NCBI RefSeq assembly: GCF_006345805.1 | Contig: NC_043006.1 | Coordinates: forward strand, 62,992,001 to 63,056,000 | Reading direction: 5' to 3' | DNA from: Octopus sinensis | Taxonomy: Eukaryota | DNA length: 64,000 bases | Shown here: one piece after another, positions 13,911 to 27,715 of the stretch | Position numbering within the stretch: the first letter of the stretch is position 1 | Layout: each line of letters begins with the position of its first letter | Position numbers and translations under genes: made by a program | The notes under the pieces: generated by a model | Told to the model about the DNA's origin: nothing | Database searches by the model: none | What the model saw: only the letters and a program-made list of their open reading frames with translations

Positions 13911-13996
13911 ATTTTCCTGAAGAGAAGGCTGCAAAATGGACTCCTTATTCAATCCGAATTAGGGACTTTGCAGCCTTTGAAACATATGTAGAAAAT
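13911..13996 (+). ncRNA. Type I hammerhead ribozyme motif
   Basis: Stem I attttc/gaaaat; core CTGAAGA (13917-13923); stem II gaaggctgcaaa/tttgcagccttt; GAAAC (13979-13983); stem III AC-ATAT-GT; GUA cleavage after 13990. Confidence 0.85.
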
Positions 13997-14202
13997 AATA
14001 AAAAGGAATTTTGTTAAGTCTTCGTTCAGCTCCATTTCTTCCTACACTAAATATATAAAACTTCAAATTTCCGCATTAAGGCACGGATTTTAGACCCCAT
14101 GGTCGGAACCTTAACCGTGCTTTTTCTGTTGTGATTTTTCTACCCAGGTATCGTTTATCATTTGAATAATCCGTAATAAGATAATTCATTTATCTACTTC
14201 AA

Positions 14203-14253
<51 letters not shown>

Positions 14254-14690
14254 ATATACATATATATTCTAATGTAGGATAATTTTTTCGAAAAAAATTC
14301 TATCAATGGCCAACATATTAAAAAATACCTAAGAGAGAAAGAAGATTTCAGCAGAGCGGCGCTTCCATATATCATGTTGTGTTGCTTCCACAAAGTACCA
14401 CTGATTAATCTGACGTAAGGATAGAAGTTACACAAACAATATGCGACTCATTTGTCATCGAACCTGAGCCACATGATTACGGATCAACCAGCTAATCATA
14501 CAAACGTATACGCCCGTAAAATAAATAGTAATGATTTATATTATTTTGAATGTAATATTAAAAATATGATATAATGGTTTTAAACAGATACGTGATGAAT
14601 ATAAAGACTAAAGCGGAGAACAGTTAATCATGTTGCTTATAAGCTCACCGATATCTTGACAGCATGTTAAATATTTAAAAACAGTATTCT

Positions 14691-14726
<36 letters not shown>

Positions 14727-14857
14727 TTACACATACATATATATAAATATATATATACATACTTACACATACATATATATACACATACATATATATATAT
14801 ATATATATAATATATATACATACTTACGCATGCATATATACACAAACACATACACAC

Positions 14858-14892
<35 letters not shown>

Positions 14893-15205
14893 AATATATG
14901 ATTGTGTGTGTATCTGTATGTAGATAGACAGTTAGATTGATAGATAGGTGATAGGAATAACTGCATAGTGTTGTTGGCGTTATTTAAAGCCATCATTTAT
15001 AGCTTCATATAAACTTCGAGATCCAATTCCACTAAGGAATTATACATACATACATACTAACATGTGTGTGTCTGCACATATGCACATACAGAGAGAGAGA
15101 GCGAGCGAGAGAGAGAGAGAGAGGCGCGCAAGTTAATAAGAATGTACATATTTAGATTGATATCTGTAACAAATATACATAAATATCGATGTATAGATAG
15201 AAATA

Positions 15206-15250
<45 letters not shown>

Positions 15251-16405
15251 ATATACATTGATATATAGAAACATACAGCTAGATTCAAGCATACAAGCAT
15301 GCATGTATACATACATGCATACATACATACATGCATTTATACATACATATATATACAGACATACAGACAGCTGCATGCATGCACGCATACATGCAAATAG
15401 CAATGTTTGTGAGAAACATCTGCATTTTAAATTCACTGCTTCATAGAGAAATTATTGATAAATTTGACTTTATAATAGTGTGGCCTTATGCCCCACTTCG
15501 AAATCAATAGTATTATAACTCTAATGCAATATTAACGCCATCCACATCTTAAAGAAAGCATTAATCAACTGCAAACGTAATATATTTTGCAGACGATATA
15601 TCTAGAATATTTAGATATGACAAGCAAATTATATTCAACTCAAAAGAATATTTGAAAATATAAAATAGACTTTCTACTATTTCCTGATCTTTATTATGCA
15701 TACACAGCCTTTTGTGAAGTAAAATGTATTAGGGCAGAATACATTGCGGCACAGACATTTTATGAGTTACACAAATGCTATAATATTTAATATTCATAAA
15801 CGAGTCTTCTAAGACTGAAGCATTTTCCTTATAGTTAAATTCTTTCTCTTTTGATTCAAAGAAGAAGCCATTTGATGGTCGCTCGATTTCCTAGAAATAG
15901 CAACCAAGTTTTCTATTAATACCGTCCTACCATTTGTAAAATAATGGTATCTAAGCGGTGGAACAAGTCCTTTCAAAGGGGTTCTGTGTCAAAATTGATT
16001 TGCTGCAAACACCTCAACAAGAACCCAAAAAAGAATTTGTATCTCTGTATGGCAGTACATTTATCTAAACGAAATAATGTGAGTCCAACATATATTGAAT
16101 GTTGACAAGATGTATTCACAGTTTCAGCCAAGTTTTCATTAATAATAGGGTTGCTGTTTTTGAGTCTTTCAACATGTAAAATTTATACCAGCCTTCGTCC
16201 GGTGGTCATCTGCTAGGTAAAATTCGAAAAAAACGATCTCTTTTTTATATAGTAAATCAATTTTCTCCACTCTGCTCCAATTACTGAGTTCAATATTAGA
16301 TAATATTTGCATCATTTATAGCATAGAGTGATGTATGTTTCACTATCCTCACATTACATATTCACAAATATCTATGCACTTTAGATATGTGTGGGTGTTT
16401 GTATA

Positions 16406-16489
<84 letters not shown>

Positions 16490-17126
16490 TGTACGTAGGT
16501 AGGTTGGTATACATTTCATTAAACTACGTGAATTATGTCCTTTTGTATGCCCTTCTGTATTCTTGGGAAGTTCACGTTCATGTATATAATTCATCATCAC
16601 CAAATAGAATTGTATATTAACACGTTTATCTTAATATTTGCCTCATTTGGCATAAATGTCTCCTCAAGTATACGAATTCTTTTTTTTCCTTTTTATGTTT
16701 TGATTTCCATTTATATTGCTACTAGATTTTTCTTTGTACAAATCATGGTCAATTTGATTTTTTACAGAGACTTCTTTCACCATATATTGATATCCTATAT
16801 TTAATCCATAACTTGAGTATACTTTCATTGCAGCATTTTATTCCTAATGAAAACCGTAAGCACCTGTTTAAGTGTTAGTTTCGCAATGTAATAGTGTCTT
16901 AACATTTAACACAGAAAAGATTTCACCGATATTGACATTTGTTAAACAATTCTAAGTGGGTACTTTAGCGTATTATTTTTGGATGAGACGGCTATATCAG
17001 CTAAAATGAATAAATATTTTAATATCTTTATGGCTTGCGTGTTCGAGACAACCGAAAGCGGAGGGATGCCGGCCGAATATTTAGTGGTCTGTATCTCAAT
17101 ACCAGCGACCAGGGGCCCGGCATATA

Positions 17127-17178
<52 letters not shown>

Positions 17179-17231
17179 AATTAAGGACTGCACACGAAAA
17201 GTGGACAGTCAACATGCTAGATAATTTTATA

Positions 17232-17278
<47 letters not shown>

Positions 17279-17639
17279 AGAGAGAGAGAGAGAGAATGCA
17301 ACTTGCATCGCGTATAGCGAGAAGTGTATAAAATTCTCAGCAAAAGGAGAAAATTTGTCAAGCAGAACAATCCACCTTGGATAAGGAAAAGTTTCAGTGA
17401 GTCGCCAGGGTAAATGTGAATGGACGTTCAATTTAACAGTAGTGCACATTTAATTTACTCTAATGTCCGGCTCGATTTCTTAGAATTAGAAACCTATTTG
17501 CGGAAAGAAGGATATATTGGATAATATCGACTAGGTACGGAATACTCGAAAGGAGGATGGTTACGGATGGTATAAATTTGATCATAATTTTGTTCTGTCA
17601 GGACTGACGTGGCGATGAGCAGAAGAATAATATATATAT

Positions 17640-17870
17640 ATTTCTTTACTGCCCACAAGGGACTAAACATAGAGGGGACAAACAAGGACAGCCAAAGTGA
17701 TTAAGTCGATTACATCGATCCCAGTGCGAAACTGATACTTTATTTATCGACCCCGAAAGGATGAAAGGCAAAGTCGACCTCGGCGGAATTTGAACTCAGA
17801 ACGTAACGACAGACGAAATACCGCTAAGCATTTCGCCCGGCGCGCTAACGTTTCTGCCAGCTCGCCGCCT
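17640..17870 (-). mobile_element. SINE family C (Nin/Deu-like central domain), full length
   Basis: Minus-strand head ggcggcgagctggcagaaacgttagc, B-box-like gagttcaaattcc, central ctttgcctttcatcctttcggggtcgataaa; near-identical to 29052 and 41640. The domain name is from recall. Confidence 0.8.
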
Positions 17871-19182
17871 TTAATATAAATAAATACAAACCAACAACAG
17901 CTGGTCACATCCTAATATGGAATAATTAGTAAAAGTAAAGCATTACCGAAAACTGGGTGTTTGAATTCGCTATGTTTTAATTCTCCGTCAGATATTTATT
18001 TAAACTCTATCAGAACTGGGGAAAGACATTACAAGCGTCAAGTGTTAGTTGTCACCATCTACTCTGCTTTTACAAAAAAAGTGTATTACATTCGTACTTA
18101 TAAATAAATTTAGGTCGATACTATTGTATATGGATTTAAAAAATACTTGAGTGATATTAGTTAATATAAAATATTACAAAGTATGAATTTCTTATATAAT
18201 GTGAGATTCATACACATCCCATAATTATTTATAAAGTCAGTCATGGATGTACAAAACGCTGACATAATTCTCTAATTTATGCGTAAAATAATAACTATTG
18301 ATCTACTTTTCACGCAGTACAATATTCTGTTATGCGAATTCATAACTTCGTTGTTTTTTTTTTAATCTATGATTATACAAGAAAAAGACTAGTAAATCGG
18401 GATGTTTATCCGAGGTCTTTTATGCAGCGAAATTAAATTAATGAATCTGGTATATCGGTACCCTTAGGTCATAAAATAGTCCTCTAATCGTATATCACAA
18501 ACTTTCACAGTCTTTATATTTGCTCTCTTTTTTCTCAATCTCTACGTAAGGACATATATATAATGACTAACTGGTTTTATTTTTGTCTCGCTGAAATTAT
18601 ATTTTTACAATTTTTTTGCTAGTTTATTTTTGTTATTATATATTTAGAAACAAAGTAAAATGGGCCAATAAATAATCTGACGTATTCTCTTGTTACATAT
18701 ATAAAGCTCTGTTTGTTTACCATTTCTATTTCTGATATGGTTGGGCACTGCTAGACATTACGTCTTCATATCTTAGCTAAATTAGCCATAGCGATCCTCT
18801 GCAGGTGAAATCTATTCAAAAGAGAATACAAGTTATCTATTTTGATGCGCGTGTTCCGACGAATTGGTACTTCAATTGTAATGTCTTTCCCCAGTTCTGA
18901 TAGAGTTTAAATAAATATCTGACGGAGAATTAAAACATAGCGAATTCAAACACCCAGTTTTCGGTAATGCTTTACTTTTACTAATTATTCCATATTAGGA
19001 TGTGACCAGCTGTTGTTGGTTTGTATTTATTTATATTAAAGGCGGCGAGCTGGCAGAAACGTTAGCGCGCCGGGCGAAATGCTTAGCGGTATTTCGTCTG
19101 TCGTTACGTTCTGAGTTCAAATTCCGCCGAGGTCGACTTTGCCTTTCATCCTTTCGGGGTCGATAAATAAAGTATCAGTTTC
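17728..19182. repeat. Exact 307-bp inverted duplication (17728-18034 / 18876-19182) with 841-bp spacer
   Basis: Both arms read as exact reverse complements; each holds the 5' part of a SINE C plus ~165 bp of unique flank. Confidence 0.92.
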
Positions 19183-19489
19183 CTGGGCCAGGAACAAAAG
19201 GTAGGAGTCGAAACGATAATTTTCTAGATGCATTGACATTTCATGACTGACTCAGATATACTGAAGGGAATAATCGCTTTCACTTTCATTCTGGGCTTAT
19301 GTAAACATTTCATTTCTTGATCCTCCTCTATTATAGAAGAACGTTTAGAAATATAAATATTTACAACGACAGATCAGTTCTCTTTCAATGATTGAACAGT
19401 TAGAATGAGAAAATTATGTATTAGACTACAAATATGTGTTTGTCTCATTCCCTGCAGTCTTCAAGCTCTCAATATGGTATACTGTCTAA

Positions 19490-19700
19490 TGCAGAGAGAT
19501 GGCAGAATCTTTAGCACGCCAGAGAAAATGCTTGGTGGCAATTTGCCGTCTTTACGTTCTGAGTTCAACCTGTGCCGAGGTCGATTTCGACTTTCATCTT
19601 TTCGAGGACGTCAAAATAAGTACCTGTTCAACACTGAGGTCGATGTAATCGAATTATCCTCTACCCCGAAATTGCAGTTCTTGTGCTAAAATTTGAAATA
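19490..19700 (+). mobile_element. SINE family C, diverged copy
   Basis: gatggcagaatctttagcacgccagagaaaatgctt...gttctgagttcaacc...gaggtcgat. Confidence 0.65.
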
Positions 19701-21505
19701 ATAGTATACACTTGTCTTTATTTAATATATTCTTTAATCTGCTCTCACTTAAAGGAAAGGAGTTTGCTTATTAATGGTCCGAAAATGTGTTATGGTCCTT
19801 CTGTTTCTCCATTTACTGATATAGTAACTCTAAAACAACTGTTCAAACACCGTAGTTTCTTGAATTCTGTTTAACAAATCATACCTATTTTCTTTTGAAT
19901 TATCTAACTTGTAACTTATTTTGTCAAACCGAACTACTTCTTCGATTCCTTTCGCCACGAATTTTGTTGGAAATTACAACTTCTTTTATCTGGTTAAAAT
20001 TCATTTTTCCGCGCCCCTGCCTTTTATCCATGTAAACCAAGGATAATGGGGTTTATTGTAGTGTTGTGAATGTGAAAGCCTCAAATTTGAACCACTTTGC
20101 TCACAATACTATCACTAATGCACTTCCCATTCTCATTATTCTTCTGGCGTCGTTCATTTTTCAAATGATTGCAACATATCCACTGGCCAAACATAATGTA
20201 TAAATCCCAATCACTTTTGTTATAGAATCATGAGCTACAGTATTTGTGTTACCGTAGCTGATAATTTTATTTCCATATCAAATATTATATTATATATTTT
20301 GCATTTATTCGTCAACATTCTTATATTTTCTACATGTCACTTTAGTTCCGCGTCATATATATATTAACATGTCTAAGATTTCCTCCTTTCAAATAACTTT
20401 CTATAAAACCACTTAATATTTATAACATGATGTTCCTGGTAGTTCACTTCATACATATTGCTTTAAATCATACGACTGAATTTAAGGTATGAGAATATTA
20501 TTACATCTATTCTTCAAATTAAGTATTAAATGGATATATTGACAGGATTAAATTTTTGAAATTAGACAGAGACAAACAAGCATATACAAGACAGCTAGAT
20601 AGATAGACACAGTCTATTTAGAATAACATTATAAAACATGGACATATTTTGATTTTAATAAATAGCATCTCTTTTGAAGATTTCTCTGCTCTTTCTACAT
20701 AACAGCCCCTCTCAACAGCTTCTGACACATTTTCATGATCTGTATTGCTTAGTCAGGCGAAAAAGAGTGGTGCGCATAATATTCTTCCATGCTTTACTAG
20801 TCTGATGAGAAAGTGTCGAAATATGGACCGATTGTAACTTCCACCCAAGAATTGGAATGGTACACAAACAGAACACTACATCTGTTACTTTAGCTTGTTT
20901 ATTCCACCATTTCAGTTAGTATCTACATATTTAATTACAAGAAATGTAAAACTTATTTCAGCCAGACAAGAATAAAAACAGTTAATCATTATATATGGTG
21001 TACGTAGCGACAGAGAAACGAGTGAGAAAAATGTAGAGACAGTGGATGTGACATATATAATTAGAGGACTATATTAAGAAAGACGAAGATATGGAACGAA
21101 ATATTTTAATTGCAATTAAAATGCAATATCTTCAGATAGTTCTACACATAAACTATTTGTATAGGAAAAGTAATTTTTAAAGTGTAGAGCTAATTGTTGG
21201 CTAAATATATTTGATAGAAAGTGAATATGGAAAATTATTTCGTGGAATATAACTATATATTTGATTATCAACTAAATTCGATTTAAGTAAGCAACAACAA
21301 GAATGTGTAATGATGATTCCTCAGTTCCAGTGATGCAAGAGATATTCATCACAATATAATGGAATTTGCCTTTAATTTTGTGAATTAAATATAATATCAA
21401 ATAATCATCAGCAAAATGGCCAGACATGAGTGAAAATTGAGCTGAATATTCTGCTGAAGTTTTAATGAAATATATGTGTGGATGTGTGTGTGGTGTGTGT
21501 GTGTA

Positions 21506-21545
<40 letters not shown>

Positions 21546-21835
21546 TGAGTGTACACATGGCTATATATATATATACAAATATATATATATACTTATATAT
21601 ATATATGTATATAAATATCGATATATATATATAATAAAAGGGAGAGAAGGAGAGATATATTTTATTTTGTCACTTCATTCCACTTTGCATTCTTCACTTT
21701 CTAATATGTGCGAAATTATCTATAATTCTCAAACTACGAAATAGAATAAGTGATATTTAATTGAAACAAGTTCACATATATGTGCATATACTTATGAGTG
21801 TCTATGTGTGCATATGATGCTAATCTACAGTCGTA

Positions 21836-21850
21836 ATAATAATAATAATA

Positions 21851-21922
<72 letters not shown>

Positions 21923-21930
21923 TAATAATA
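21836..21930. repeat. (AAT)n microsatellite
   Basis: Direct reading. Confidence 0.95.
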
Positions 21931-22091
21931 AATTACTAAACTTTGAGAATTACTAAGTAAATAATGGTAATAACTGTTCACCTTTATATCTGTAAGTCGT
22001 CAAATTTAAAATGCTGTTATAACACACGAACCCCACCACACACATATACATATATGCATTTATGTGCATGTGCATGTGTGTATATACATAT

Positions 22092-22157
<66 letters not shown>

Positions 22158-22387
22158 CAATACATCCATACATATATGTGTGTGTAACCTAACCACACAC
22201 ATAAATACATGCGTGCTATGCAAATGTTCTGTATGCAAGTATTCATTAGTTTATACACTTACAATGATGAATTTAATATGCTCTATCAGCTTTAGTTGTA
22301 GATTACAACGTTGACTTAATCGGAATGTATCACACACACACATATATGTAAAGAAATAATAAATTATATATATGTGTGTGTGTGTGT

Positions 22388-22419
<32 letters not shown>

Positions 22420-22989
22420 CATATATATATATATTATATATGTATGTTTATATAATTTTATGTAGTATAGGCATTGTACGTATGAAGTTAAGTTTAAAAC
22501 TGGGTGTGATGTAAAATTGGTAATGCCAAAACTATTAAACTAACGTGTGATAAAACTTCTAAACTATATTGCAAATTAAACATACCGAAAAAATATTTTT
22601 TTCAGAGCGAATCGATTTGATCAACACATTTTAAGAGGTTTTGAAGTAAATAATATTCGAAAGAATGATTCAAATTTAAGCATAAGATATTTTAAAAAAA
22701 TTTTAAAGTAGAGTTAAATATAAATAATTTGCCTAATATCTCGCTTACTGGGGGATTAAATTAACATCTCACTCTTGCTTGTTAATGAAGCATATAAATT
22801 GAATCTTAGTGGCATGCATGCTTTGCCCGAGAGACGTGGAAAACTTTGTAATCTTACTAAAGCAGCTCCAAATATGGCATAGATATATTCTAGAGTTTTA
22901 AATTGCAAATCTAGACTTGGACTAACGAGAGCGTGTCTACTTCGAGCATAGATTCATGATCTGTTATTCCAACTAACAGTCTTCGTACA

Positions 22990-23610
22990 CTATTCCTGAA
23001 AGGGTCGTGAGTAGTTCAGTCTCCAGCATCTTTTCCATAATGTCCTATCACACTTTTTGGCTGGATTCCCACGCATGACCACATGAGACTGGGGATAATA
23101 CCCAACCATCTCATTATTCGTCTACCTCTAGGTATACCTCTTGGTCTCCATTCAGTTTGTTTGTCTTGAAGAATCTGTCTTGCACTTCTTTCTGGCAAAT
23201 TTCTAATCACAACGCATTAGAATTACTACTGGCACCGTGTTCTACCAGTGCGGAGAAATAGCTCCGCAATCAGGGTAAGCAAAATAGGAAGGCAATCATT
23301 TGGAGGAAAATGTTGCAGAAATATTTACGAGTACAGATAAATCAGAGAATGGAGTAGTTATATTACCATCGGACTGGCGGCAGCTACCATCTACAATAAT
23401 TATCAAAGCTCACTGAAACTGCTCTAGCAGCTTCTGTTATCTCGAGCAAATACGGAGTGGGAGAATAGAAGATTAGTAACTCAGTCGACTGGTAGAGACG
23501 CATAGAAAAGACATTGCAATGATATGCCGGTGACCAAAGTAGCCCTCGATCATTTCTTTGAAAAAACCCAGAGAATGATTTACTTATACTAAAACGCACC
23601 TTTCAAACAA
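22990..23610 (-). mobile_element. Decayed RTE-like LINE 3' fragment
   Basis: ARQILQDKQTEWRPRGIPRGRRIMRW resembles the RTE C-terminal motif IL.G...G.R.RGRP...W; otherwise heavily degenerate. Confidence 0.4.
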
Positions 23611-23892
23611 GACAGAACAAAGCTAATCGATGTAGCCACATTACAAGGATATATATAGTAATTAATGTTATATGAGCAGCCTAAATTGGAGTAATGCCAT
23701 GCCCCGTACCGACCAACATTCACATTTATGTACATATATTACATACATATATATGTGTGTGTGCGCTCGTGTGTGTGTGCGCCTGTGTGTGTGTGCGCGC
23801 CTGTGTGTGTGTGCGCCTGTGTGTATGCACGTGCATACATATCTTCATCAGTACGTTTATTCACTCAATATACACCTTTACAATGTATAAAC

Positions 23893-23941
<49 letters not shown>

Positions 23942-23961
23942 ATAATATATATATATTATAT

Positions 23962-24162
23962 CAGTGCTTTTCAACATTTTTGCTGGAGCGGAACCCCAAC
24001 GACACATTCCACTGGCTCGAGGAAACCCTGTGCAATAATTTAATAGTCTTATGCACACATATCTGCACAAGAGAATTAAAAATTACAGCCGATTTTAGCA
24101 GTTTTGTAACTTCTTGCGGAACTCCCGGACTGTACTGGCGGAACCCTGGTTGAAAACCACTG
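23962..24162. mobile_element. hAT-type (Charlie-like) MITE, 201 bp
   Basis: 14-bp TIRs cagtgcttttcaac / gttgaaaaccactg (1 mismatch); inserted in a (TA)n tract, so the TSD is ambiguous. Confidence 0.75.
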
Positions 24163-24619
24163 ATATATATATATACAGACCCCTTTTCAACGTATCTACA
24201 ACAAACGACATATCCACCACAGCGTCAGAATGACACACACGAAAACATTAAAAATGATACATTCAAGAGGTACCCAAGAATTCATTTAATAAACAGTCCC
24301 AATCACTGCCATAATCCACAACGCTTCCACTTTTAGTTCACTTGACCATTTAACATCTTACTAGTATCACACCATTTCGCATTCCCTTATCATTCTCTCT
24401 TCTTCTCTTTCTCCTTCTTCCACTACGTCTTCTTCCTCTCCCCAACCTCCTTCCTTACTTTCTGGCTACTGCTATTTGGAATAACATCTACGCAAATATA
24501 AACAATACGTTCAAAAGAGATGTCTCAAGAATTCAATCTCTGCTACCGTCCACTACAAATCACTTTCAGGGCACTTGACCATTTAACAGCCTACTAATAT
24601 CATAGCACTTCCGAATTCT

Positions 24620-24733
24620 TCTTCTTCTTCTTCTTCTTCTTCTTCTTCTTCTTCTTCTTCTTCTTCTTCTTCTTCTTCTTCTTCTTCTTCTTCTTCTTCT
24701 TCTTCTTCTTCTTCTTTTTCTTCTTCTTCTTTA
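24620..24733. repeat. (TTC)n microsatellite
   Basis: Direct reading. Confidence 0.95.
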
Positions 24734-25007
24734 TCTTCTCTACCAAGAATTCACAACGACCTCGAACCCACAAGAGAAAACAAAAAATACAGAGACAGGC
24801 AGAAACAAGGAAAGTACCCCTTGTATTTGAATGCTATGCAAATATTCTTTTAAAAACTTTTCCTTAAATTTTAGAAAAATTTAATTGTTTTCCATACTTA
24901 CAGTTGAAAAAGTCTCCATGTCCGGAACCGGTACTAAAATGTCTTTTATAAAATTACTTTAGCATTTCCTACCTAGACTTTTTTCATATATATATATATA
25001 TATATAT

Positions 25008-25407
25008 AGGAGTGGCTGTGTGGTAAAGTAGCTTACTTACCAACCACATAGTTCCAGGTTCAGTCCCACTGCGTGGCAACTTAGCCAAGTGTCTTCTTCT
25101 ATAGCCTCGGGCCGACCAAACCCTTGTGGGTGAATTTGGTAGAAGGAAACTGAAAGACGCCCTTCGTATATATGTATATATGTATATATATATGTATATG
25201 TATGTGTGTGTGTGTGTGTGTATGTTTGTGAGTTTGTGTTTGTCCTCCCAACGTCTCTAGACAACCGATAGTGGTGTGTTTATGTCCCCGTAATTTAGCG
25301 GTTCGGCAAAAGAGACCGATAGAATAAGTACTAGGCTTACAAAGAATGAGTCCTGGGATCGATTTGCTCGACTAAAAGTGGTGCTCCAGCATCGCCGCAG
25401 TCAAATG
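25008..25407 (+). mobile_element. SINE family B, near full length
   Basis: Head aggagtggctgtgtggtaaagtagc, B-box-like ggttcagtccc, internal (TA/TG)n, tail ttagcggttcggcaaaagagaccgatagaataagtactagg. Confidence 0.85.
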
Positions 25408-26634
25408 GCATTCGAATGTTTACATCTGAAATAAGATGTTACTATTGGTAATACCATCTATGGCAAATATTTTTAATTGGTAATATTAACAGCAGTAACA
25501 TAAGAGGTTCACAGGTGTAATAGTATTATAAGCTATAAGATATAAAATATATTAATACGAAGCCTTAAGGATGCAGTGACAATCAACTTGTTTAGAAATG
25601 AGAACTAGGGTCTCGATCCAACCGCCGTAAGGCACCAAAATCATAGACAATAACAGTATGCGAGGAATAGGATAAAGAATTAAAAAGATATAGTGATAAA
25701 GATTATGCTGTTCAGATGCTCATACACCATAGTTTCGGGTGTTGGCCCGTTGGCCTCAACTTTACTCTGTATGAGTTACATGGCAAGAAATTCCAAATCC
25801 GCCACGTTATAAATTCATTAGCGCTCTGGCAAACACCGGTCAGATGGACTATATTCCATCTTGTCAGTAATAACCGAGGCTCTTGTAGAAAGACAAATAA
25901 CCAACCTCTCCTCTTACCCTTCTCCTAAGTTTTAAATATAACCTCACCACCCATATCTATTACCTATTTCTTACACCAAGTAACATTTCCCCCATTTTAC
26001 CATCACCCAACCCCTTGTATTATGCCTTTTATTTCTACCATAACTGATCCGAGAACACAAAAGTCTTTAGGTTTTCTGCCACATTATTAGCCCTACATAC
26101 ATGTGAACAATATTTCCCCCATGTTTGATTTTTCCATCCTTTTCATTTAATTTTTATTTTCATTATGTGTTGGATATTCTTTTTTTTACTTTATTGTACT
26201 CTATGCCCATAAGTATTTTTTTACATCCACCTGAATTTAATACACCTTTGCTTAGAAATTTAATATTTAGGTTCAATTAGTATTTCTCTCTTATCATAGG
26301 ACATTTGTTTTCTGCCCTTTAGGCATTCTTAGTAAGTTGCTTGATTCAAGGTAACTTTCTCATAGTACCAATCTGCTTGTGGACTAATAGTACCCAGTAG
26401 TGCCATTATATAGTTTTAAATTGGTTTACAATAATAGGAACTGTATACTTTAATGACTTTTAATATACACACTACTGTCTTGTTCTATGATACTTTTAGA
26501 TGCGGATTTACATATACATATACATATATATATAAGTGTGTCTATGGCCAGCTGGAGGAGTGTGTCCTCCTGGGGCTAAAAACTACAGTAGCATCCACCC
26601 TTAGGGGTAGCCATATTGAAATGGCAAATATACG

Positions 26635-26714
<80 letters not shown>

Positions 26715-26844
26715 TGTATGTGTGTATGTGTGTGTATGTGTGTGTATGTGTGTGTATGTACGTATGTATATGTATGTATGTATGTATGTATATATATATG
26801 TATGTATATGTATGTATGTATGTATATGTATGTATATGTATGTA

Positions 26845-27081
26845 TTTATTCTTTCATCCTTTTACCTTTTTCAATCACTTCACTCCAGCGACGCACGAGC
26901 ACCACCTTTAGTCGAGCAATTCGAACCACTGCTGATTCTTTCTAAACCTAGTACTTATTCTATCGGTTTCTTTTGCCGAGCCACTACGTTACGGGTTCGT
27001 AAACATTGGTTGTTAAGGGATGGTGATGAGGGGACAAACACAGACACATATACATACCTATATATATAATTATATATATAT

Positions 27082-27149
<68 letters not shown>

Positions 27150-27342
27150 TATAATATATACACATATATATATATGTACATCGGGCTTCTTTCAATTTCC
27201 GTCTACCAAATCCACTCACAAGGCTTTGGTTGGCCTGAGGTCATAGTAGAAGACAGTTGCCCAAGGTGTCAAGCAGTGGGACGTAACCCAGAGCTATATG
27301 ACTGAGAAGCAAGCTTCTTACCACACAGCCACACCTGCCCCT
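26845..27342 (-). mobile_element. SINE family B
   Basis: Reverse complement of the family B tail (tttagtcgagc...acttattctatcggt) and head (accacacagccacacctgcccctata). Confidence 0.75.
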
Positions 27343-27349
27343 ATACATA

Positions 27350-27715
27350 TATAGGCGCAAGCGTAGCTGTGCGATAATAAATTTGGGTCCGAATGACATG
27401 GCTCCGGGTTCAGTTCCACTGTGTCTTCTACAATCATCTCGGAGCTACCAAAGCCATGTGAGTGGATTTCGTAAACGGAAACTGAAAGAAGCTCGTCAAC
27501 TATATACATATGTGTGCCTGTTTGTATGTGTCTTTGTGTATATGTGTGGTATATTTACGTCCTCTGAAATTAGCGGTTCGGCAAAAGAAACCAATAGAAT
27601 AAGTACCATGCTCAAAAAAATATGTACGGGGATCGATTCATATTACGAAAACATATGCAAGGCAGTACATCAGTATGGCGGCAGTTTAATGACTGAAACG
27701 TGTAATAGGAAAAAT
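27350..27715 (+). mobile_element. SINE family B, diverged, head-to-head with the preceding copy
   Basis: ataggcgcaagcgtagctgtg...ccgggttcagttccactg...ttagcggttcggcaaaagaaaccaatagaataagtac. Confidence 0.7.

Larger units (their letters stand above)
13625..14057. repeat. Perfect palindrome, 213-bp arms with 7-nt spacer (head-to-head PLE pLTR-like fold-back)
   Basis: 13625-13837 is the reverse complement of 13845-14057 with no mismatch seen; spacer ggaataa; left end abuts (TA)n. Confidence 0.95.

Noticed and set aside
20795-20835. CTGATGA-ga..tc-GAAA hammerhead-like string
   Set aside because: No stem I pairing and no valid NUH triplet after stem III; probably chance or fully decayed.
25719-25775. 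Minus-strand hammerhead-like fold (ctcata/tatgag stem, GAAAC)
   Set aside because: The core reads CAGAGTA (two substitutions) and the triplet is GUG; too degenerate to call, though it may be a dead PLE copy.
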